From NCBI RefSeq assembly GCF_009914755.1, contig NC_060932.1: 64,000 nucleotides of DNA; one strand, given 5' to 3'. Of the stretch, positions 51,991-64,000 are shown piece after piece. Below the pieces are notes generated by a model, which searched no databases, had not been told where the DNA came from, and worked only from the letters and a program-made list of their open reading frames with translations. The stretch comes from the human T2T-CHM13v2.0 reference genome, Homo sapiens. Each line of letters opens with the position of its first letter. Within the stretch, counting starts at the first letter, position 1. A program made the translations under genes and the position numbers.

Positions 51991-54362
51991 CACGGACCCA
52001 CTGGTGGCTGACTGGGGCTGTCTTCATTGACAAAAAAAAAAAGTTAGTTAACAATTACTCCTGAAAACATCATTTGTGCCTGTTTTTAAATTATATGGTA
52101 ATACATCTTTTGAACAACCATTTGAAAGAAAGCTGGTTATTCCATTTTTTCCCACTTAGAATCATCACCTTTACTCCTTTAAGAGAAAGAACTTTTTAAA
52201 ACTGATTACCACATTAATATATGGTCAATTTAGATATTTAAGTAAAAGAAGAAAAGCAATAAGAAAAAAATTGAAAGCACTTGTAGTCCCACCACCTATA
52301 GAAGACCACTGTTAACCATATGCAATCATTCTTGTCTCTTTATTGTGTACTTTGTGCATTTTTATACAAATTAAGTTCATACAAAACATACTACTTGTAT
52401 CATTTGTCTAACATAGCAATATATTACTATCATCTTTCTATCATTCAATGTTCCTAAATGAAATCATTTATAAGGAATGTAGAATATTGTTTTCAAATGA
52501 CTAAGATGAAGAGAGTGAACGAATTAATGTATTGAGGACCCTAAAAGTTAGATATTATAATGCCCATTTTAAAGATGTGAAAATGAAGGTAAGTGAGCAG
52601 CCAGTTAACTGTAGAACAGAGATGCCCACCAGGTCTGCGTGGTTTCAGGCCTAAACTCCTTCTCCCTTACCCGTGTTTCCTCCGCATGCCTTGTCATAAG
52701 ACTCACCTTGGAAATCTGCATTATCAACATGTAATACATTTTATTATAAACTGAATTCCAATTGAGAACCTACAAAAAGCTACCTGAGGTCAGATCATGA
52801 TTCAGAAGAAACAAGTTAACAAGATTGTGCCTCTGATGGAGCCCAGACATGGTCAGATATGGTTTCTCACAACCTTACATGTCAAGAGGAAAGAATTCCA
52901 GACTAGATGTCAGGAGATCCGGGTTGTATTCTCACCTCCTCCAGTCACCAGCCAAAAAGTCATGGCCACATCATTCAATTTATCTGGGCCTCAGTTTTCT
53001 AATCTATATATTGGGATAACACAACCTTCCCTGTCAAGCTGAATAGATTCTAAACAGCAAAGGAAATAATGAAGCAATATACAAACATAAGAGACCTTTA
53101 TGAATCCTACTACAGATCCATCAGCGGTGAATTTTCCAGCCCTCTAAAACACATCAAAGAATTGTAAACAGAGAAGGAAACTCTGAGCCCAACTAATTTT
53201 AGAGACAGAGAGACTGACTTCCTGAGAAGGTAGGCAGCTTGCCCAAAGATTCAGAGTGAGTTAGGAACCCAGCTAACACTAGAAGCCAGTGTCTGGATTC
53301 ACACAGGAATATTCCTTTTATAAGACCACCTTTACGGTGATAAATGTCCCAGACGCGTTCACATAAACACGTTGACAGCAATTCAGTTTAGTTCCGTTTA
53401 TTTCAGTTAAGTAAAGATAAGCTGAGCATTTGTTTGCCATGTACAATGACCTCTTCAGTCAAGGAATTCCAGCTCTTGTTTTTGTCTTAACTTCTTTCAA
53501 CTTTGAGGGTTTCTTTGCATGTTCCTTACCTAACAAGACCAGCCTGAAAAGAGTAGAAAAAAACATAAAGAAACTTGGAGTCTGAATTTTCCACATGCTG
53601 GGAGCTCTCACACCCAATTCCAGATACAGCACTCTCCTGAATGTGACCTGAAGTGGTTTCCTCAATTGATCACATCCCAGGAATCTGGAGAGCTTCCAGG
53701 GCAGGGAAAATTAGTTACAGAGTCACAGAGTGGTGCGGCCTGTCACATGAAAGTCACTTCCAGCTTGGAACGGATTGCACATTCCTGCCTTCTGAGTGGT
53801 GTTTCAGATGACTGGGATCTGGCCTGTCTGCAGACAGGCCCCAAAGCAGCAGAAGGAAGCCAGCGGGCAGGGGCATTCCAACACCGTTCCCGAGACCCGC
53901 AGTCACAGGAAAGGAGAACTTCCTGAGGCTCCTCCAAGCCTTGCCTCAACTTAATGGTGTTTGAGAAAAACATCAAGTTTCCATTTACCTCCATTTTGAA
54001 ACACTGAAAGCATTTGTCATTAAATAGCATGATGACTCTCCTGCCTCAACTCAGAGCTTTGTCAAACTGCTCACATGGCATAAACAAGGATGATGGGGTT
54101 TCCTACACATATATCAGAACTTCTAAATGCTTCTTATATGCCAAGTACCATTATATACCATGCCTTGGCTCATCTAATCCTTACAGACAACCTCAGGAGA
54201 GAGGTGCTCTATATCACTACCACAGCCAAGGAACCTGGGGCTCAGGATGGTTAAGTAACTTGTACAAGGTCAAAAATTGGCAAATGACAATGCACGAACT
54301 TAACACAGATCTGTCTGACTCCAAATCCCAGGTCTACACTGGCTGGATAAATATGAGGCAGA

Positions 54363-54701
<339 letters not shown>

Positions 54702-55796
54702 TCAGAATCTGGCCTCTGTTTTGTTGATTGCAAGGCCCTGTCATATTTCCAAGTCACCTATTGCTGGGTTTCACAGCTTTAATGGTTTGAAAAGTCTTCC
54801 TTATGTCAAAATGTTTCAACAGGCTTCGTTCCCGCCCTCTGCACCCCACAGTCCTCTTCCTTCCCAAACTCTCCTCTGAGAAGTCTGTCTCATCCCCCAT
54901 TCCCATGAAATACATCTGCTGACATCACAAAGGGATTCTTGTCTAACTTCCATCTCTCTAATTGAAGTTTAAGCAAAATGTTTCTTGACCTAATCCAAGT
55001 AAAAGAGCATGATTGTCCTCTATTTCATGTTATTCTCACAGTTACAATATGTGCTTACATCTGCTGGTGCAAAATATGATTAACTTTTTTTTTCTAAAAC
55101 CCTAGGGCTAGGAGGAGCTTGGAAATTCTATCTTTTACTTCCCCTTGCCTTCAGACGGATCCCTGTATGTCAACAAAACATGAAAACACCCTGTGAAATC
55201 CATTAGTAGCCTCACTTTATATACTAGGAAATCGAGGCAGGGTGATGGATCTGAAGTCCCTCAAGCAGATTGTGGCTAGAGCAAGAAGGGAAGCATGGAC
55301 CTGGGTCTCTCAGAGGAATCCCTGTCTTCCCATACAGCCTTTTTCCATAGCATCTATGCACTAACTATAAGCTATCGACCCTATAAAGGTCCAGGGACAT
55401 ATGAGAACATTATCTTCTTCCAGGCATTCAGTTTCATTTATCCGACATTTCCTGCACTATCCTAAAGATATAGAGGCAGGTAGATTAATTCACTATGCCC
55501 TAGAAGTCCTGGTCAAGGTCTCAGAATCAAGAACTACCTCTCTAACAGACAGGCATTGAGCACCCTCTGTAGGCAAGGCAGAGTCTTGCAAGCTGGCGCC
55601 AATGATTGTCCTGCATCTGCCTGGTCCACATACTCCCTGGACGTCTGTGTGACAGGCTCTGTAGAAGACAAGCATAAAGCAGACCTGAGGGTGAGTCCCA
55701 GCCCAGCTCTGCCACTCACCAGCGGTGTGGCCATGGGCAGGTTACCTCCATGGACTAGACCTGGGCTTTCTCATCTTTAAGTTGGTGTTAATAACA

Positions 55797-56265
55797 AGTT
55801 GGGGTTAAATGCTGTCCCTCACTCAATACCTATGTCCACATCTTAATCCTTAGGACCTCTGAACGTGACCATATTTGATAAAAAGGTCTTGGCAGATGTA
55901 ATTATGTAAAGGTTCTTGAGATGAGATCATCCTATATTATCTAGGTTGTCTCTAAATCCAGTGACAAATGTCCTTATGACCGCAGAAAGACAGACACCAG
56001 GAGAAGAAGAAAAGTCCATGCAAAGAAAGATGAAGGTAGAGGTAGGAGTTATCCAGCCACAAGCCACAGAATGCCTGGAACCTCCCTAAGCTGAAAGAGG
56101 CTAAGACAAAGTCCCCTCTAGAGCCATCAGAGTGAGTGTGGCCCTGCCAGCACCTTGAGTTTGTACTCTGGCCTCCAGGACTCTAAGCAAAAAAATTTCT
56201 GGGGGATTTTTTAAGCCATGAAGCTTTGTGGTCATTTGTTAAAACAGCCCTAGGAAACTAGTATC
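55797..56265 (+). mobile_element. MLT1C-like solo LTR inserted in a MIR
   Basis: 'aaggtcttggcagatgtaatt', 'gagatgagatcatcct', 'cagccacaagcca', 'tggccctgccagcaccttg', 'cagccctaggaaacta'. Confidence 0.85.
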
Positions 56266-58330
56266 CACCTATTTCATGGTATGTTAAGCATGGAACCTAT
56301 TCCAGAGTAAGTACTTCATCATATTATTGGTGTTATTCTTGCCCTTGCCATGCTCCAAGTTAACTTAAGACCCCTTTTATTCTGACGATACCTCCTGGAG
56401 ACCACCCACCCAAAGCTCCAGAATCAAGGTTTTAGTATTTTGATTTGGGGTTGCCTATTTGTTAGGAGGAGGGGCTGCACATACCTATTTCCTATTTTTC
56501 AAAATAATAGCCCCAAATTTTGATTCAAGTGAAGCTGGATAGACCCTGAAGGGTGTATTTGTTAAAAATTTCACAGCTCATTCTGACACAAAACTGGTAC
56601 TGATATTCAACCAATGCACACTGACCAGCATCCTCTCTGATTTGTCTGGGACTTGGTCCTTTGGTGAAATATTTGCCCTCTCTCCGCACACCAGCACTGC
56701 TCTCCCATCACCACTGACCTGGGGAAAATCAGCCAAGCTGACTGGTAGGCCCAGAACACAAAGCTGGGGACAAAGCTAGTCCAGAGGGCTTAAAATGTGT
56801 TGGGGAAGCCAGGTTTGCATGAACATGTCCCGGGGAACAGAACAGGCATGGCAGCATGGAATGACAGGAAGGACCTGGGCACAGGCCCCTGGTGGCCCAA
56901 ACTCCTCCATACAGGACTGTTCTTTTTATCTGTTGTATCAACTGGGAATATGCATACAATTCTTTTTGGAAAAAAAAGTTCTAAAGCATTCTGATGATTT
57001 TTTAAATAATTAAAAATTTAAAACCACTGATAAGACATACTTATTTTCTAGGCAAGAAACTGGGTTCCAAAGAGATTAAGTGACATGCCCAGGATCACAC
57101 AGTGAGGAACTGATGGCCAAGACCAGAATCTTGAACTCTGGGTCTTATCTAGGGCCCGTCAACTCCACCAGTAGCAGCCTCAGCCACCAGCCCCACCACT
57201 GAGGCCTCAAAGCACTGATTTCTCAGGCTCCAGTGCCTCTCTCTAGGTGCAGTAGCCCCCACATCCCTCAGAAGGTCCATGCCTGGCAGGGAAGAGGATG
57301 CCTGGGCAATGCTGTCAGCCTCTCCTTTGGGAATGGCCTTGGTCTCGGTCTGCACCAAGGCAGCCCAGTTTCTAGGCCATTGCCGCCAGAGGCGGTGTCG
57401 TTGCTTGGGAAATCTTCCTGCTGATCAGAACTTCCTCTCCACTGTACCTTTTTCCCTCCTTAGAGCCAACATCCAGGCCTTATCTCAGATGAGGAAATGT
57501 TTAGGGCACAGGACCGTTGAGATATTTCTCAGAACACAAATTACGAGGCACATGTTTTCACAGAGAAGAAAATAAGGAGAAGACACACAGTGATCACCAT
57601 GCTGGTTCTGAGAACAAGCCCTTATCTGCTCTGACCCAGCTCTGGACTCACAGGCTGGTGTCAGCCTCACAACTGGTCAATGAGGCAGCCAGGAAAAGTC
57701 CAAAGCTTTAGGTGGGGGAGTCCATCGCCCAAAGGCAAAGGTGCAAAAAATAAACACTTAAGAGAGAGCTGCAGCCTCAAAGCCCTGGGCTGTACCAGGC
57801 CGACATACCACAGCAAAAAGCCTATGAAGTCCTACAAAATGTAAGCACCTCACCAAGCTGCTAGCATGGAGGGATTGCACATTAAAACTCTGGTCACGTT
57901 ACAAATGTCTGTGCAGGGTCTTCCCACCAGGAAACCCCAATGCAGTGAGGAGGATACTATGCATGTTTAAAAAACTAAGCAGTCATAAGATTACAGTAAT
58001 CATTCCAAGCAGGACAAAAAGAAAGAAAAGATGAGGTGATACAAAGTACTACATGGTCAATGAATGACCAGATAAATGATGGAATCAATAATTACTAGAA
58101 GAGTTCAGAGGGAAAAGTTCAGGTAGGAAGGACTAGCTTGGCTTAATAATATCTATCATTCATTAAATACCTACTATCTGCCAGAATTTGAGAATTTTTC
58201 TTTCAATGACTTCACAAGGTCTGTGTTAAGTATCTGCACTTCACCAAGGGGAAGGCTGAAATGTGGAGAAGCCAGGTGACCTCCCACAGTAACTCAGCTG
58301 TAGGAACCAGGGTGAGTTCTGTCTCGTTCT

Positions 58331-58404
58331 CCTGAACAATTACCTGAGTTTCCTTAGCCATAGAGGTCCTGAGAAATTGCTTGAGTTTCCTTAGCAATAG
58401 AGGA
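58331..58404. repeat. 37-bp tandem duplication (31/37 identical)
   Basis: cctgaacaattacctgagtttccttagccatagaggt / cctgagaaattgcttgagtttccttagcaatagagga. Confidence 0.9.
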
Positions 58405-58559
58405 CAAGGAGAGCTTGGATAAAGCCAAAAGGAAAGAGAGGGATCATTGCAGGCAGGTGAAAGGAGCAGCTGAAATCACAGAGGCAGGAAAGTCAAAAGC
58501 ACATGTGCGGCTGTTAACAGAGATGAATTTAGCTAGGGTGGAGATTTCTGGAATGGATA

Positions 58560-58800
58560 GAACTTATTGAGTACTTACTGTGCTAAGCAAAGTTCTAAGA
58601 ACTTTATATAGATAATCTCATTTAACCCTCACAATAACCCTGTGAGGTATGGAGTATTATTATTCCCAAAGTATGGATAAGGAAGTCAAAGCATAGAGAG
58701 GTTAAGTAACTTGCCCAAGATCACATAGCTGATAGGCAGCAGAGGTAAGACTTGAACATAGTCAGGATTGAAAGTCCATGCCCTTAATCACTACAATGTA
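58560..58800 (-). mobile_element. MIR, near full length
   Basis: 'ttattgagtacttactgtgc...atctcatttaaccctcacaataaccctgtgaggt...gagaggttaagtaacttgcccaagatcacatagct'. Confidence 0.88.
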
Positions 58801-61689
58801 CTTGAAGGAGTTTGTCATAGAAAGCTGGAAAAGCTGGATTCCCTGAGGGGTTGCCTTGAATGCCAAGTGTTTGCACTTAATCTTTCTGCAGAAAAAAAAA
58901 GGAATTATAACGAAATACCTGTTTCTATATAAACAAAGCAAAGCAAGGGCAGAGAAGCTCTCAAGACAAAGTCCAGCCAAATAAAGGGCTGCAGCCTCCT
59001 CACCCCTTGGGGTTCTCTGCATGTTTCACTTCCACGGCAATCATGTGATCAAAGCAGAAACGTTCTTTTAGTTGTGGTGAGAAAGGTGGACTGGAAGAAG
59101 GGAAGAACAGTCGGACGCTAGCGCCAGAGGCAAAGCAGGAAGTGACGAAGGCATGCAGTACGTGGGAGCTGCAGGAAGGCTGGAACAGTGGAGGTGGATG
59201 GTAGAGCAATGGAGAAGGAAGGGTCAAAAGGCTTTGATGAACCATTAGAGAAAAGTAGTCGTTACTGGTTGTGGCTTAGGTTAACCTACCATGAACCCAT
59301 TTTCTGACCCAAGAACTGGGCTGACAGGTCCCCATAAGAGTGAGGCAGAATGTCTGAAGCTATCTCTGCTCCAGAAAGCCAAGGACAGTCTGTCTTTGTG
59401 TTTGTGCCTGTCACCTTCTGCATGCTTCTGGGAAAGGAGTTCCTTTGACCAAGGAGCCCTCCTGGGGAAGGCCTGTCCAGAGACTTAGAACCAGAAGAAA
59501 GACAGGACACTAGGAGAGGCACAGATCCTCCCAGAGATCAGCCTTAAGAGCCCCACCAGACTCTCCTATGTAGAAATCTACATGGGATTCCCCTGGCATT
59601 TATGGAGGGCACTTCCTATTTTAACGAGATTTCATATGTATTACCATCCTTGATTCCATTCACCCCTTCCAAGAAAAAACAGAGCCATGGGAGTGTGGGA
59701 CAAAGAATGAGCATTTGTTAGAGGCTGACTCTCTTCCAGGTAGCATGCTCTGTACTCTCCTGCAGCTGTTTTAGATCATCCTCACACTCCGTGGGACAAG
59801 CTTTTACTCCCCCCACATTAAAAATGAGGACTTGAGCTCCAGTGTGATGAAATGACTTCTCATGATCATACAACCAAGAAGGAATAGGCTAGAGATGGAC
59901 ACTGCCTTTGCCTTTTCCCTGGGACAGGAAGGCAGACCTAACCTCACCATCTCACAGGTAAGGAAATATTCAAGGCCCCAAAACACCATGGAGATCAATA
60001 CCAGAGCGAGACTAAAATCCAGAGCTCACAGTTTCTAGTCCTGTGTTCATTTTGCGTTTCATTATGTTATTTGAGCACATTTGTGTTTTGGCAAGTTCAG
60101 CTCCTTAAGGAAAGGGTCCAGGTCTTTACAACTTGACATCCCCACAGTGGCCAACACCATGGATGGCCTCTGAAGACATGAAGCATGTATCGCTGATTTG
60201 TGGAATGAACCAACTGCTATAACTCATCTCTTTGGTGCCAACGTCTCACTTCTTCAATTCATTCTTCATGCCACTTCTAAAAGTACGGTGCTAAAGCGTT
60301 TCTCCTCTTATTCAACAAATGCAATCCTTTTCCACCTTAAGACTCAGCTCCAGAGCCATCCTCCCTATGAAGCCTTCTTCAATCTCACCGTGATAATGCC
60401 CTGTCTCTGCCTCTCCCACGCTGCTTGACTAGTCCCTCTGCTATACATTCATGGGCGGCTCCTCCATGACATCATCCATTCCTTGAGGAACTGTCAGTCA
60501 TCTCTGTACTCTGAATAAACATTGATGAGCAAACACATAAAGGAATGCATGAATGGGTGGATGGACTCGTTAATAAATAAAGACATAGAGAAATGACAAG
60601 ATGGAGAGGTGAAATATTGGGACTTAGTAGTTAAAAGCAGTGGACTTTATGTCAGAGCATCCAACCCTACACAGAGCTTTACTCCTGACTTGCTGTGGGA
60701 TCTAGATAAAGTCACCTCCCCTCTCTTGGCCTCTTTTTGCTTGTGTTTTAAAAGAAAGAGTTAGAGTAGAATTGCTGCAACTCCCCATTCTCTAATTCTG
60801 TGAATGAAAAGTTCATCCTTGGACAAACCCCATTAACGGATGTTTTGTATCTCCTCCCTTGAAAACAACAATTGTCCCTCGACTAGCATCTTATCTGAAG
60901 CAAACCTTCTCTGCCTCATCCCCACCAGAAGCTTTGCTATCTCTTAAGGGACCTCCTCAGGGTGTTTGTGAACAAAAGCGAGTGTCTTATCTGGTCACTC
61001 TCTCCTGCACTATCCTGCCCTTGGAAAACATGAATGGATTTGCAGAAAACATAGCCTCTGATAGTCTTTCCACCCCAGGAATGGCTAGAAAGGCAGCCTC
61101 GGCTTTCTTGGAAAGACTGTGTAATTTCATGCTACTATCAGGGCTGACAAGGAGGCAACCCCTAGCCCTGGACCCTTCAGCTAAGTTCAACTCCAGGTCA
61201 AGTCAGGGGCCCCCAGCAGCTCAGGGGCACAGGATCCACAAGGAAGAAATTCCAGGATGTTGCCAGAAGCTAACAACAGTTCCCAGCTGTTCCCAGTCGC
61301 CTCTTGCCATTGAAGTAGTTTGGAGTGGGGGTCTTCACACAGACACAGCAGAAGGAAGGTCAAATGAATGACTGTGCCTCTGGGCCAGGGTGGAGGACAG
61401 GCCAGTGAGAACAGAAGCCTCTTTGTTATTGGCAGCTCCTGCACATGGCCCCCTAGACCCTTGACGGAGACCTCCCTCTCCCCCAGATCTTGGGGACCTT
61501 GACATCGGTGGTATTTATGCAGCTCTCCTCATGTCATCGTGGTAAAAGTGCTGCTTGCGGCTTGCCTACGGCCTGGAGCCTCGCTCTGCAATTCCTTTTG
61601 GAGCACATGCTGTGAAACTCTCTTATTAAAAGGTAGTTCCAGAACTGATCTCCCTTGAGTGGAACAAAAACAACATCTTAGAATTGATT

Positions 61690-62120
61690 TTGTGCGGAAT
61701 GCCTGCTCCCGCCTCCCCACACCTCCCCACCCACCCCCATTCCCCCAACCCCACTCTTTGTCTGGCAAGCTCCTGCTCATCATTCAGGTCCCAGTTTTGA
61801 TGTCCCCACTCAGAAATGCCTCCCCTGCCCACCTTTCACAAACCAAATTATGCCCCTCCTCTTAACACATTCATCCATTTTGCCTGGTTTTTTTTCCTTC
61901 CTAGAACTCACTACAGCTTGTACTTGTGCATGTGTGTGTCTGTGCAGTGATTATGTCTGCAACTAGTACTTCAATCTCCTGATGGTAGAAGCTATGTTTG
62001 TTTTTTCATCACCAAGAACCCGCACACCTGCCTAGTACACTGCAAATGATCAACAAATAGTTGTTTTTTTTAAAAAATGAATAGATACATGAATGAACGA
62101 ATGAATGAATGAATGATTTA
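61690..62120 (+). mobile_element. L2 3' fragment with expanded C-tract
   Basis: 'ggaatgcc', 'ctcatcattcaggtcccag', terminal 'caaatagttg..aatgaatgaatgaatg'. Confidence 0.7.
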
Positions 62121-62896
62121 ATATAGAAGAGTATTATCTTCAGAATCCTAGAAGAGATATTTTACATTTATTAAGAGTTATGAAGCCCTTAATACATGGT
62201 ATCTTAACTGTTTCTTTATTTTTATGTAAAAAAATATATATAAATGAAGATGAAGAAGATACTTGGTCCCCAAGGAGTTCACAGGCTACTAGGGGGGCCG
62301 GACATGTAATTTGTCAATTCCAAATTCTGTGTTCTCATACATCCTCACCTGTGGGGTAAGCATTATGATTTGCATTTGACAAGGAAACATTAAGATGCTC
62401 AGAAACATTAAGTTTTTTTGCTCAAACCACAGAGCTAGTGAGTGCCAGACCTAGAAGCCAGGTCTCCTGAATCCTGGGACAAAAGGTGTTCCACCAGCTG
62501 TCCTCCTGCCTTCTGGACTTGGCCTGCTTTTCAATTCTTGCATTTGAAAGCAGACAGGTCCAGAATTCTGGGAAAACACACTATTCACCAGGAGTGACTC
62601 TGGCAGGACCAGGAGGTGGTCTTGCTTCAGGAGTCTGACACCCTTCTCCCTGTTCCAAGCTAGGTACTAACTCATTCTGAGAGGGAAGCTTGGGCGACAG
62701 CTGTGAATGCCCATTCTCACCCCCACTGAGCTGGTTTTCACATCTTTCCTGGGTCAAGGGATTTTAGAGGGCTTGTGCTGAAGAGGTTTCCTTTGAATGT
62801 CAGCAACCATCTGAGGGGAGAATGTTGGCCATTAGCCAATGACTCCAGGTCTACTCTACTTGGTTATGTCAACACTCCAAAGAGAAGATAAGTTCT

Positions 62897-63290
<394 letters not shown>

Positions 63291-64000
63291 TTATTTGGGG
63301 CAAGTTACTCAAATTCTTTGAACCTTACCTTCCTAATCTGAAAAATAAATTCTTATGATACTTGTGAAGATTGAATTTGATGAATCATATACCACCTTGT
63401 ATCATGTGATAGCTCTCACCATCATCCTCTGGTTTTTTAACCTTCATTTTCCTTCTCTATTTCTTACTCCATCTTTCTCTTGGTCCTTATCTCATTCTGT
63501 TATTTTTTGGACATTTCTCATATTGTGAAGGTCCTTTAGGTTCAGATCATCTCCTCTGGAGAGTAACTTCCCACCTCCCTGTGGTCAGCATGCAGGAGAG
63601 TCCAAAATAAAGCACAATTAGAATTTCCTGGAAGAGTTGAGAACAGGGAATTTTTAACTCATTCTTGACAATAGAGTGGAAGGTTTCTGGTTTGAGGAAC
63701 ATGCAAGGGCTCTCTGAGCATAGTGTTGGGGTGCCCCATTTACGTAGTGGATCTTGAGAGAGGAGTTGGGCCATGGAGCTGGGCAGAGGAAGATGAGACT
63801 CACAAAGTTTCACAGGGCCATCATGGAAGCTCTAGCTAGCACCCGGAACGCCCTCCCATGGCTATGGAAGGAGTTTAAGCACAAGAGTGAAATATCACAT
63901 CTGTGTTTGATGAAGATGAATCCCATGCTGGCCATGGGAAGGATGGATAGGAGACAAGAGAAGCTAGAGACAAAGACACCAATTAGGAGGTTTTTAAAGT

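Noticed and set aside
57378-57400. CTCF-like CCGCCAGAGGCGG
   Set aside because: One base short in the AGRKGGC core; match too weak.
59936-59963. Second CTAAC...CACAG|GTAAGG recursive-site-like motif
   Set aside because: Appears to be a decayed antisense MIR core (cccattttacagatgaggaaa) with a poor pyrimidine tract.

Overview
Human non-coding genomic DNA, intergenic or deep intronic. An intact AluYb9 fixes the species. I see no credible protein-coding gene, RNA gene, CpG island or prokaryotic-type system. Nearly all long ORFs in the track are Alu-, L1- or MaLR-derived. The window is a dense, layered transposon record: about 16 Alus/monomers (FAM/FLAM, J, S, Y, Yb9), a 5'-inverted L1PA carrying a nested MER11 solo LTR, an L1PA4-like 3' end, old L1M pieces, two complete MaLR proviruses (THE1D/MSTA-like on -, THE1C on +), MLT1/LTR33 solo LTRs, Tigger3, MER20/MER3/MER58A/MER5 and many MIR/L2 remnants. 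Best leads: a recursive-splice-site-like YnCAG|GTGAGT in a CpG-enriched unique block (~51.5-52.0 kb); a 52-bp perfect AT-rich palindrome grown from an AluY tail; the young AluYb9; discordant LTRs in one provirus; and a long MaLR internal reading frame kept open across in-frame deletions. Subfamily names come from remembered consensus diagnostics, not a database search, and the locus itself could not be identified.
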